From Fibrobacteria bacterium (lineage in GTDB: Bacteria > Fibrobacterota > Chitinivibrionia > Chitinivibrionales > FEN-1185): a stretch of 64,000 bases of DNA. This document shows, in pieces, positions 48,664 through 57,097 of the stretch (positions within the stretch are counted from its first letter, which is position 1; every line of letters begins with the position of its first letter). The position numbers and the translations under genes were made by a program. The notes beneath the pieces were generated by a model. The model had not been told where the DNA came from and searched no databases. It was given only the letters and a program-made list of their open reading frames with translations. The DNA lies in contig JBBIGR010000003.1 in assembly GCA_037447435.1 (NCBI GenBank), positions 140,443 through 204,442 on the forward strand, in the 5' to 3' direction.

Positions 48664-49827
48664 TTACTTTGCTATCAGTTCTTTACCCGACGAAACCAAA
48701 CTCGCTGAGTTTCTTGAAACGAGAATGCCGAATGATTGGCGGCCGGCCGATTTTGCGATTGCCCCATTGATTCTGTAGAACTTTGTCGCGCCATCGCTCG
48801 TTTTATCGGATTGCAAACGAGTAGCCGATGTCGGTTCATTTGAAAATTTAACTGAAGTTGCGGCTTGCCGGGAATAGATATTTGCCACTGAGAATGCTCC
48901 GCCTGAACCGTATGCAGCCGAATTTAGGTCTTTTTTACCGATTTCTCCGGCAAGGTATCCGCCGACAAAAGGCGTTGTCGCCCCAAGCATAGTTATAAAA
49001 GCGCTCATTTCACCCGTAAGTCCGCTTAACTTTTCATAACGTCCTTCACAGTCGAAGATCAGCGACAGTGTCGGTTTTTTTGAATTATCGTTTGCATTGT
49101 TCAAGGCGTTTTGCGCGGCAACCGGTAGGTCGGTCCAAGTACCGTCGAATCCGAACCTGCAGTCGAATGCACCGTATAAAAGAATTCCTAAAACAGAAGT
49201 ATTGTTATTCAAAGTATTATTGGAAAACGACGCTCCCGTGCTGCCGCCGACTACCCATGCATTGCTTCCCATTACGGAGAGAACACCATTGGTAAGGCCG
49301 GTGTCTTTAGGATTGTCGCAACGGCCCGCTAATATGATCAATTTACTGTCATTGGTATTGGTCGAAACTGCCGATAAATCATTTGCAATTTGTGCACCAA
49401 TCGGCCGATAACTCAATGCATCGTCGGGATTGCTCAGCGTTTTTACGGAATGTGCCGCATTAATTTGTCCTCCAAAAGCAATTACCACGGCTTCCTTATC
49501 TCTGCCGTAGGTGTTGAAAACATGGTTCATCGGAAATCCGTAAATTTTAGCAGAGGAAAATTTAGCCGTAAGCTCCGAGAACGCGGACTCGTCACCGCTC
49601 TTTACCCATGCAAGAATTACTTTCACGGATGTTGTCCCGATGGTCTTTTGGGCCGAATCTGCAGCCTCGCGCATGGCCGCAGCTTTATCGGCGTTGAGCG
49701 ATTGCCCCATGCCCACGATCACCGCATCAGCCGCATCTGCATTCTGCGTCAATGCGCAGAGTGCCGAAAATACGAGCAACGCCGTGCACCCGATTGTTAA
49801 AAATGTTTTTCTGGTTTTTCGTTTCAT
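48664..49827 (-). CDS. Secreted FIST-domain-like protein
   Basis: Signal peptide after GGAGG RBS; VVGGS, LIFDCEGR, PFVGGYLAGEIG (FIST_C). Confidence 0.7.
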   Translation of the reverse strand: MKRKTRKTFLTIGCTALLVFSALCALTQNADAADAVIVGMGQSLNADKAAAMREAADSAQKTIGTTSVKVILAWVKSGDESAFSELTAKFSSAKIYGFPMNHVFNTYGRDKEAVVIAFGGQINAAHSVKTLSNPDDALSYRPIGAQIANDLSAVSTNTNDSKLIILAGRCDNPKDTGLTNGVLSVMGSNAWVVGGSTGASFSNNTLNNNTSVLGILLYGAFDCRFGFDGTWTDLPVAAQNALNNANDNSKKPTLSLIFDCEGRYEKLSGLTGEMSAFITMLGATTPFVGGYLAGEIGKKDLNSAAYGSGGAFSVANIYSRQAATSVKFSNEPTSATRLQSDKTSDGATKFYRINGAIAKSAGRQSFGILVSRNSASLVSSGKELIAK

Positions 49828-49880
49828 TATTCCTCCCAATTTGAAAAAATGCCATTTTATAATTGTCATTATTGTCAATA

Positions 49881-51296
49881 TCATTGTTGTACTATATATA
49901 CTCCGAGTAAAACGTTCTTTGGCGTCGATGATTGAACGCTGTTTTTTCGAAGACTTCGACCGCGGATGTCATACAGCCCGGTTGCTTTCTCGATTTGCGC
50001 ATTATGATCCGTCGATAAGATAATCCTGTTTTTGACAGAGCCCGTCGACTGCCGTATTTGCGAAAGAGCATTGGGCTGTAGGGTTTTTGTCGGCGGCGGG
50101 GCGATCCAGCCGTTCTGGCTACCCAATAACCAGTTTCGGCAGAAAAGCATGCATTTTGTCGCATGATACGTGGCACACCATTCAAACCCTTTCAAATCAC
50201 CTGCAGCATCGGGATTATCATACCATCCGCCGTTTTGCGGATCAAAATAATGTGCCTTGATAAAATCCCAATGTTTCTTACAGTCTTGCAGGTACGAATC
50301 TCCTGCATTAAAAAGAGTGCCCATACAACAGTAGGAGGCAAGCAATTCCGCATCCCACCACCATTGGATACCAAAATGCTGTCCCGGTGTGCTCTGTGTA
50401 CGGGCATAAGCGTGTACTTTTTTCAAATTGTCAATTACCGACTGCGGCGGTGTGACTCCGATGGCTTGATAGTAGAAATAAATCAAATAAACATCTTCGG
50501 CGCAAAGTCCGGAGGTGCATCCGCTGCCGTTTGTCATTTCCCGGTTATTGCTCAGACAGATTGAGCCGTCGTTTCGTATCCATTTGGAACTCACGAACAG
50601 GTCCGACATGTCTTGGATACGTTTTTTAAGAAGAGATTTTTGTGCAGAATCCGCGGGATTGTCGGGCCACGCGATATAAAGCCAGGCCATTCCTTCGAGC
50701 CAATGATGGCCTATGTCCTGGTTTTTGTCGCCCGCTCCGGAACCAAAATACCAGCCGTACTGGCCGTCGTAGTTGCGATTGTCAATGAATTTGAAGGTTG
50801 TTTTGGCAATATACAGGGCCATGGTGTCTTTTGTGGCCATATAATAAGCCGATAAACCCGAAAGTGCAAAACCATTGGAATAAACGGCTTTGTCGCCGTT
50901 TTCAAAGGCGCCGCCGTTACCGGTTGCAATACCGCTGCCGCCGTTCGATTTGTCCCACATCTTATCTCTGATGTAAATATATGCGGCATCGGCCGACTGT
51001 TTGAATCCTGCATATTCCGGATGCAGAATCATTGCCATTGAGGTAGACCATAAATGGCGGGATTGCATATCAAGGTTATAGCTGTCTCCGCCGGCCTGAT
51101 TAAATTGTCGGTCATAGAATATGCGTATACCGCCGTTAGGGTCAATGACCTTTGGATAAATGCATTTGAGATAATGATTGAACATCATTGTGTCGATATC
51201 CGTGGCTAACGCAATCCTGTCGAAGGATTGGCTGAATGTCGAACTGTGAAAGATGATGAAAGATGCCACAAGGAGCTTGCTTACACGCTTAACCAT
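49881..51296 (-). CDS. Secreted AGE / cellobiose 2-epimerase-like (alpha/alpha)6 protein
   Basis: QSRHLW, HHWLE, WWWDAE, GGWY, WCATYH; signal peptide; tail LYDIRGR..GVYIV. Confidence 0.72.
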   Translation of the reverse strand: MVKRVSKLLVASFIIFHSSTFSQSFDRIALATDIDTMMFNHYLKCIYPKVIDPNGGIRIFYDRQFNQAGGDSYNLDMQSRHLWSTSMAMILHPEYAGFKQSADAAYIYIRDKMWDKSNGGSGIATGNGGAFENGDKAVYSNGFALSGLSAYYMATKDTMALYIAKTTFKFIDNRNYDGQYGWYFGSGAGDKNQDIGHHWLEGMAWLYIAWPDNPADSAQKSLLKKRIQDMSDLFVSSKWIRNDGSICLSNNREMTNGSGCTSGLCAEDVYLIYFYYQAIGVTPPQSVIDNLKKVHAYARTQSTPGQHFGIQWWWDAELLASYCCMGTLFNAGDSYLQDCKKHWDFIKAHYFDPQNGGWYDNPDAAGDLKGFEWCATYHATKCMLFCRNWLLGSQNGWIAPPPTKTLQPNALSQIRQSTGSVKNRIILSTDHNAQIEKATGLYDIRGRSLRKNSVQSSTPKNVLLGVYIVQQ

Positions 51297-51463
51297 TTGT
51301 ATTCTCCGAATTGAAAATGCGACTAATAGTGTTTGGTGGCGCTCACTATTTTGTCAAGGTGAATTGAAAATTTTTTTTTTTAAAACCGAATCTTGTTTAT
51401 CTCTCTGAAAACATAAACAAAAGAATTTGTTTTCGCCGACTATTCAACGTTTTATTCGAAAAA

Positions 51464-51486
51464 TACGTATTCTTATGGAATACGTA
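51464..51486. promoter_or_regulatory. Candidate regulator site, copy 3 (perfect)
   Basis: TACGTATTC-ttatg-GAATACGTA in a divergent intergenic region; TG-t-TATATT at 51531-51539; second GAATAC at 51575. Confidence 0.78.
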
Positions 51487-51726
51487 AAAACCAATGAATA
51501 ATCTTAAAAACGCAATAAACAAACAAGTTTTGTTATATTACAATATTATAAAAATTCGATCTATGTGTTTAACGGAATACATATCGTTTTGTTAAAATGC
51601 CTACGTTTTTTAACTTACCAAAATGTTTGGTTTCGCCCTTTCAGCAGCTCGACTGAGCGTATTTTATGGGAAAGTGATCAGACATATTCGGGCTTTCGTG
51701 TCAGATGCATTCGGGGTTAGGAAAAC

Positions 51727-51833
51727 GGATGAAGCATGATTAAAAGGATTTAAGGATTACCCCGAATTTTCAAGGCGCCGTGATTTCAAAAATCAAGTTA
51801 ATCATGCAAATCAAGTAAATCATAGTTCAGACA
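51727..51833. repeat. Inverted array of ~9-nt periodic repeats
   Basis: GATT at 51738/51747/51755 faces AATC at 51791/51800/51809/51818; ends in GTTCAGACA. Confidence 0.55.
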
Positions 51834-51862
51834 ATGTTCTCATCATTCAAATAGGAGTTTCT

Positions 51863-53395
51863 ATGAAAAAGGTTCTTTTATTCGTTGTTGCGCTTGCAAC
51901 AATAAGTTCTGCTGCCGATTCCTTATATACGGGAGTGGCATCTTACATGAATTCGGGTTGGGGCAAGGCTTATGTTCTATCGAATGGTCTGTGTTCGCTT
52001 GCGGTAATACCCGGTATTGGTGCGAGAATAGCCAGATACGGCCTTGGTATGCAGAATTTTATTTCAATTGATCCAAGCATTAATAAGTCCGATCCGAATT
52101 GGTTTGGTGGCGCGGGTTTCATGGCCTGGCCGGCTCCGCAGGATACTTTTGGATGGGAGCCGACACCACTAGTAAGTAGCGGCACATATACCCCAACAGT
52201 TTTAATCAACACACCCGATTCGGTAGTGCTTTCTTTGGATAGCAAACCGGAAATAACAGCCAATAAGAATGCCGATAAAGCAAAAGACCTTATGATGCGT
52301 AAAATTTATACATTTTACAAAGGCTCAAGCAGAGTAAGAGTTGACATACGACTTATCAACAAAGGTACGCAAACTAAAACCGGTGTTAGCATCCGCGAAG
52401 TTTGTCCCGTTCTTGCCCAACATAATAACGGCGCAGATTATTCAAATTTCCGAGCATATTTTCCCAAAGGGACTTCTTCGCAAGACCAGGCGCTTGGTGG
52501 ATATTGGAATACAATGGGCACTGCAGATCCGAGTCAATTCACATTAGATAATTCAGCCGGTGTAATTGACTTGAAATATGCCAACGGTGGCCAAGGCGCA
52601 CGCATAGCTGCACACCCTAAAAGTCAATGGCTTGCATATCAGGACTCTTCAGAAGGATTTACTTTTATCCAAAAAGGTGTTTATGATTCAACACATAGCT
52701 ATATTGAATATGGTGGAGCAGTGATAATTATGTATTTAAGCTCCTGGATCGAAACCGAGTTATGTTCCTATGGCAAGGACATTGCCCCTAACGATTCCAT
52801 CCAGATAATCTCGAACTGGTATGCAACGAAACTTGCAGGCCGCGTGCGCAGCGTCAACAATGCGGGCGCGATTCACGACTCACTCGCTGTTAGCGTGTCA
52901 TCGGGCAATTTGAAAGGCACTTACGGCGTTTATTACAAGGGGACGGTCAAGGTCTGTTTCAATGGACAAGCTGCGCCCGCGGATTCGATTGCGGTAACGC
53001 CGCTGTCTACCTTCGCCCTCGACAAAACCGTCACAATCCCTGCCTCCGCCGGCGCGGTTTCTTTACTGCTTTATAACTCGGACGGCGTATTCGTCGACAC
53101 GCTCGATGCAAAAAACTTCAGGACCGTAGGAACCATGTATCGCGAAGCAACGCAAGCGCCGAAAAACTTTTCCATAATTGTAAAAAACCACAAGATAACG
53201 GTGGCGGTTCCGGAAAACGCCAATGCAAAAGTTTTGCTCACGTCGTTGTCGGGAAAGACCGTATTCGTTTCAGGTTTAACATCCTATAATTCCAATCCGA
53301 TCGATGTGTCCGGACTTGTTCCGGGAAGTTATCTGGTGACTGTGGAAACTGCGCATCAGCGATATACTCGCATGGTCCCGCTCTTTACGCGATAG
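51863..53395 (+). CDS. Secreted galactose-mutarotase-like (DUF4380-like) protein with sorting tail
   Basis: IPGIGARI, GG..AWPAPQ, YIEYG..IETE; tail LTSLSGK..PGSYLVTV. Confidence 0.65.
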   Translation: MKKVLLFVVALATISSAADSLYTGVASYMNSGWGKAYVLSNGLCSLAVIPGIGARIARYGLGMQNFISIDPSINKSDPNWFGGAGFMAWPAPQDTFGWEPTPLVSSGTYTPTVLINTPDSVVLSLDSKPEITANKNADKAKDLMMRKIYTFYKGSSRVRVDIRLINKGTQTKTGVSIREVCPVLAQHNNGADYSNFRAYFPKGTSSQDQALGGYWNTMGTADPSQFTLDNSAGVIDLKYANGGQGARIAAHPKSQWLAYQDSSEGFTFIQKGVYDSTHSYIEYGGAVIIMYLSSWIETELCSYGKDIAPNDSIQIISNWYATKLAGRVRSVNNAGAIHDSLAVSVSSGNLKGTYGVYYKGTVKVCFNGQAAPADSIAVTPLSTFALDKTVTIPASAGAVSLLLYNSDGVFVDTLDAKNFRTVGTMYREATQAPKNFSIIVKNHKITVAVPENANAKVLLTSLSGKTVFVSGLTSYNSNPIDVSGLVPGSYLVTVETAHQRYTRMVPLFTR

Positions 53396-53410
53396 AAATT
53401 TGAAAGCGTG

Positions 53411-53440
53411 AAAAGCCAGGGCGAACCCCTGGCTTATTTT
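53411..53440. terminator. Intrinsic terminator
   Basis: AAGCCAGGG-cgaac-CCCTGGCTT followed by ATTTT. Confidence 0.75.
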
Positions 53441-53571
53441 AACCCGGAAATTGCTTAGTACCTATGCCTGAATTATACGCTCGGTAAACCTCGGTACCAT
53501 GTCTACGCATTTTGCGTGGATAAATATATAATGCAAACGTATCCCATGCGGAGCATGGGGTTAGGGGGTTG

Positions 53572-54972
53572 CTATTGCAGATTGGCGATTTTGTAAACAG
53601 CGCTGCTGCCGATAGCAGTTTCCATCCTCACAAACAACATGCCGGTCGATGTCGTACAGGCGCTCCGTGCAAAGGTTGCGGTGTAATTACCCTTTTCGCG
53701 GGACCCGTTGAAAACCTCGGCGACTTTTTTTCCTTGGCCGTCGTAAATTGACAGCTTGATGGTCGTGGCAGAGGGAATTGCATAATTTATCGTCATTGAA
53801 TTGCCATGCATGACCGCCGTCAGATTCATCGCACTTTTGGATTCAACATTTATAGGTTGATGTGTTGCTGACGCAGTCGCGAGATTGGGCATATTGCCGG
53901 TCAATAGCAGCATGTAAAGGAGCTGCAATGATTTGTGGAAATAGCCGTCCACACCGGTAAAACTTTTCAAAGCCGAGTAGGCTGAATCGCACCATGCCTG
54001 ATGGCAGGCATCGACCATACCGGCACAGGCAAATGCACCGACAAACGTCGCACAAAACCAATTGCTTCTGTGGCTGCCGTCAAGATGATAGCCGTCCACG
54101 ATTTTTTTCGCGTCTCCATTGGTCTCGCCGCTGATCCATGTCGCCATTTTACCCGCAATGTCCTTTGCTGCGGAATCGCCGTTCCAGACATAGTTCCAGG
54201 CTATCCGCCACGGTGTGCGGACCGCATCGTAATAAAAATCACCCTGGGCATCGCCGCCTTCGCCGCACCAGTCGGGGACCAGTCCCGTATTGGTATTGCG
54301 GCATGCTTTTATCAGTGAGAATGAGTTGTTGATCACTGTTGCCCAGTCGTTATTGTCAACATCTTTGAACAATTTTAGTGCCGCAATGCTGAAATAGGAA
54401 GGGTTTTTCCGACCGTCCCACGCATCACCGGGCTTGAGATATTTGTTGCCGTTGACTTCCGATGACCAGATTCTTCCAACGAGGGTTTTCCCATCGGTTA
54501 AATAGCTCGCATTTCCCCATTGCCGGTAGGCCATAAGCAGCGCAACACCGACATCGACCTCCGCATCGGTAGCGGCATTCGATGCGGCAACCCCGTTGAA
54601 CCCGTTGATCTTCCAATTCATTAGCTGGCTGCCGTCGTACCAGTGCTTGTAATAATTCCAAAGCTTGTCGAATTTAGGTTGAGTATTATTTTGCGCGTTA
54701 TCCATGTAAACCATAGCAAGCATGCCGTATCCAATTCCTTCGCTGACGGTTTGACTCGGATCGTCCCATTTGATTCGAGCCAGATCTCCTTGTTCTTCGT
54801 AGTAGTTCTGCATAAACACGTTGAACACTTGTTGTACATCGTCACTGTTTGTGCCGGCGGGTTTAATTCCATACGGATATGATGCATTTTGCGGAAAAGG
54901 AAATTGTGCACCGGCGAATACCGACAATGCTGCAAAGACCACAGCGATAAATGCAAAAATTTGTTTGTTCAT
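53572..54972 (-). CDS. GH8 glycoside hydrolase with sorting tail
   Basis: TVSEGIGYGM, AATDAEVD, NPSYF, GLVPDW, YDAVRTPWR; tail IYDGQGK. Confidence 0.93.
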   Translation of the reverse strand: MNKQIFAFIAVVFAALSVFAGAQFPFPQNASYPYGIKPAGTNSDDVQQVFNVFMQNYYEEQGDLARIKWDDPSQTVSEGIGYGMLAMVYMDNAQNNTQPKFDKLWNYYKHWYDGSQLMNWKINGFNGVAASNAATDAEVDVGVALLMAYRQWGNASYLTDGKTLVGRIWSSEVNGNKYLKPGDAWDGRKNPSYFSIAALKLFKDVDNNDWATVINNSFSLIKACRNTNTGLVPDWCGEGGDAQGDFYYDAVRTPWRIAWNYVWNGDSAAKDIAGKMATWISGETNGDAKKIVDGYHLDGSHRSNWFCATFVGAFACAGMVDACHQAWCDSAYSALKSFTGVDGYFHKSLQLLYMLLLTGNMPNLATASATHQPINVESKSAMNLTAVMHGNSMTINYAIPSATTIKLSIYDGQGKKVAEVFNGSREKGNYTATFARSACTTSTGMLFVRMETAIGSSAVYKIANLQ

Positions 54973-55125
54973 AGTAAAAGCGTCCTTAAAGTTGGTTAAT
55001 CGATTAAATCCAGTAACTACTTTCTACAATGTACAGACGATTATACGTTCATTGAGCAGCTTCATTTAAACCTAATCAGTAATATATGGATTATATCTGG
55101 TTTTGCTGAATGTTTATTCCTTTTC

Positions 55126-55144
55126 CGTATTCGAATAGAATACG
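55126..55144. promoter_or_regulatory. Candidate regulator site, copy 4 (perfect)
   Basis: CGTATTC-gaata-GAATACG in the divergent GH8/GH39-like intergenic region; second GAATAC at 55225. Confidence 0.78.
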
Positions 55145-55314
55145 ATTATTGGCAAAAAATGGCCAAAAAAGTTAAAATTAACAGATTTTAGGCAAATTAA
55201 TTTAAAAAATTGTTAAATTTAAAAGAATACATCATACAATCATTAATGGTTAGCTATATATGCGATGTTTAATCGCATAATCATATTCTTTACTTTTATC
55301 GCTAAAGGAATATC

Positions 55315-56886
55315 ATGAATTGTAAAGTAATTGCGCGTGCTCTTGGGCTATACGTGTTTGCGTTCATCGGGTTTGTTGTTGCAGATACCGTGACGGTCGA
55401 TTGGACTATGGATAAAAAAGCCATCGATCCTTTATCATTCGGCATGGATGCGCCCTTTGCAGTTACCGAATATCAATCCGAAAATGCGGACTATGTCAAT
55501 GCCATGCGATATATGACCGGCACCTCAAAGGGCAATTCCGCATTATTGCGATTGCATCAGTGGGGGATGCTGAGCTCGTGGACGTCGAACGGATGGTGGG
55601 ACGCGGGTAAGGTGATGAGGACGGTACGCTCGCTTAAATCAAACGGCTTTACCATTAATATTAATATACCCGACGGGCCGGGCGGCGGATTCAGCACTAT
55701 CGACACGAATAGAATCGGCCAATTCTGTAGCGATTTGGTCAAAATTGTCAATGTCGACAACAAAATGAAAGTCAAATACTGGGAAGTGCCGAACGAAAGA
55801 GACACGAACGCTTTTGTTGGAATGCTGAGTGCGGTGCCCCTTGCCGACTTGGTTAAAAGATGCCGCGCAGCCATGAAAAAGGTCGATTCGACAATCCTGG
55901 TTGGCGGTCCGGCATTCGGGGATGCACCCAATCTCGATTTAATCCTCAAATTCGTGCGGGCCGTTGTTCCGGACATCGATTTCATTTCCTTTCATGCATA
56001 CTCGGTCGGCGGGGCACAGAATGCGTCGGATTCCGCAATCTATAACGGGACGCAGACCAAAATTGCTCATATAGTCAAGACGCTCAGAGATACGCTTTCC
56101 GTTCTGAGTCCGAACAAATATATTCCGATCCACTGCAATGAATACAGCTTCACCTGGGACTGGAATTATATCGACTCGCGGGTACACACGAACAAAATGG
56201 CGGTCTTTGTCGCTCTTGTCATGATTGAAATGGTCAGAAACGGAGGCGATATAACGAACATCTGGAACGAAAAAGAAGCGGCTTTCGGTATGATGAGTTC
56301 CGCAAACGTACCATACCTACCGGGCCATCTGTTCCATCTTATGAACACGTATTTCATGGGAGAAATGGTGGCAACCACCGAAACCGACCGATCTTGCGTC
56401 GTCGCCTTTGCTTCACGCGATTCCGCCACCTATTCGCTGGCATTGATTAATCGGAGCCAAAACAGGCAAGACGTAACGCTCGGTTTGAAGGGATTGCCTG
56501 CCAGCCTGAGCATGAAGCGGTATGAAATCTGGACGGCAATAGATTCCTCAAAGACAATTACCATAGCGGATTTAAGCAAAGGAATCAGCTTGCCCGATAA
56601 TTCAGTGACCATTCTGACCGCTAAAGGCGCTCCGTTATCTGTCAATAGCCGACACCGGACTAGCAGTGGAATCGCTATGAAAAGCGGACCGATTCGGGTA
56701 TCCGTGTATACGGTGTCGGGGCGATTGATAGGATCCTTTTTTACTACCGAGCGCGAAAGGGCTGCAGCACGTTTTTCGGAAACGATACGGTCCGGTTTGG
56801 CCAAGGTCATCGATTCGGGAGTTTATGTAATATCAATCAAGGACGGTTCGCTTGCGCATGTGCAAAGGCGCTCATTGGAATTTTAA
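55315..56886 (+). CDS. Clan GH-A glycoside hydrolase (GH39/GH51-like) with sorting tail
   Basis: YWEVPNE, ILVGGP, DFISFHAY, CNEY; C-terminal beta-sandwich LPDNSVTIL; tail VYTVSGR..SGVYVI. Confidence 0.78.
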   Translation: MNCKVIARALGLYVFAFIGFVVADTVTVDWTMDKKAIDPLSFGMDAPFAVTEYQSENADYVNAMRYMTGTSKGNSALLRLHQWGMLSSWTSNGWWDAGKVMRTVRSLKSNGFTININIPDGPGGGFSTIDTNRIGQFCSDLVKIVNVDNKMKVKYWEVPNERDTNAFVGMLSAVPLADLVKRCRAAMKKVDSTILVGGPAFGDAPNLDLILKFVRAVVPDIDFISFHAYSVGGAQNASDSAIYNGTQTKIAHIVKTLRDTLSVLSPNKYIPIHCNEYSFTWDWNYIDSRVHTNKMAVFVALVMIEMVRNGGDITNIWNEKEAAFGMMSSANVPYLPGHLFHLMNTYFMGEMVATTETDRSCVVAFASRDSATYSLALINRSQNRQDVTLGLKGLPASLSMKRYEIWTAIDSSKTITIADLSKGISLPDNSVTILTAKGAPLSVNSRHRTSSGIAMKSGPIRVSVYTVSGRLIGSFFTTERERAAARFSETIRSGLAKVIDSGVYVISIKDGSLAHVQRRSLEF

Positions 56887-56937
56887 AAGACGCGGGATGT
56901 AAACCTTTCCGGCTGCATCGGGATACTGCGGATAACT

Positions 56938-56955
56938 GTGTTTCGTTAGAATACG
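56938..56955. promoter_or_regulatory. Candidate regulator site, copy 5 (degenerate)
   Basis: GTGTTT-cgtta-GAATACG upstream of GH31. Confidence 0.55.
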
Positions 56956-57097
56956 TTGATTGATAAATTATGAATTGATAATTTCAAAAAGACGGTGGAT
57001 AATAAAGTTAATGATTCCCCGGTTCAATGAAAGAGTGCGCGGTAAAGGTTAGGGATACAATCAATTGACCGGTAGCCATTTAATCATTTGAGGTATT

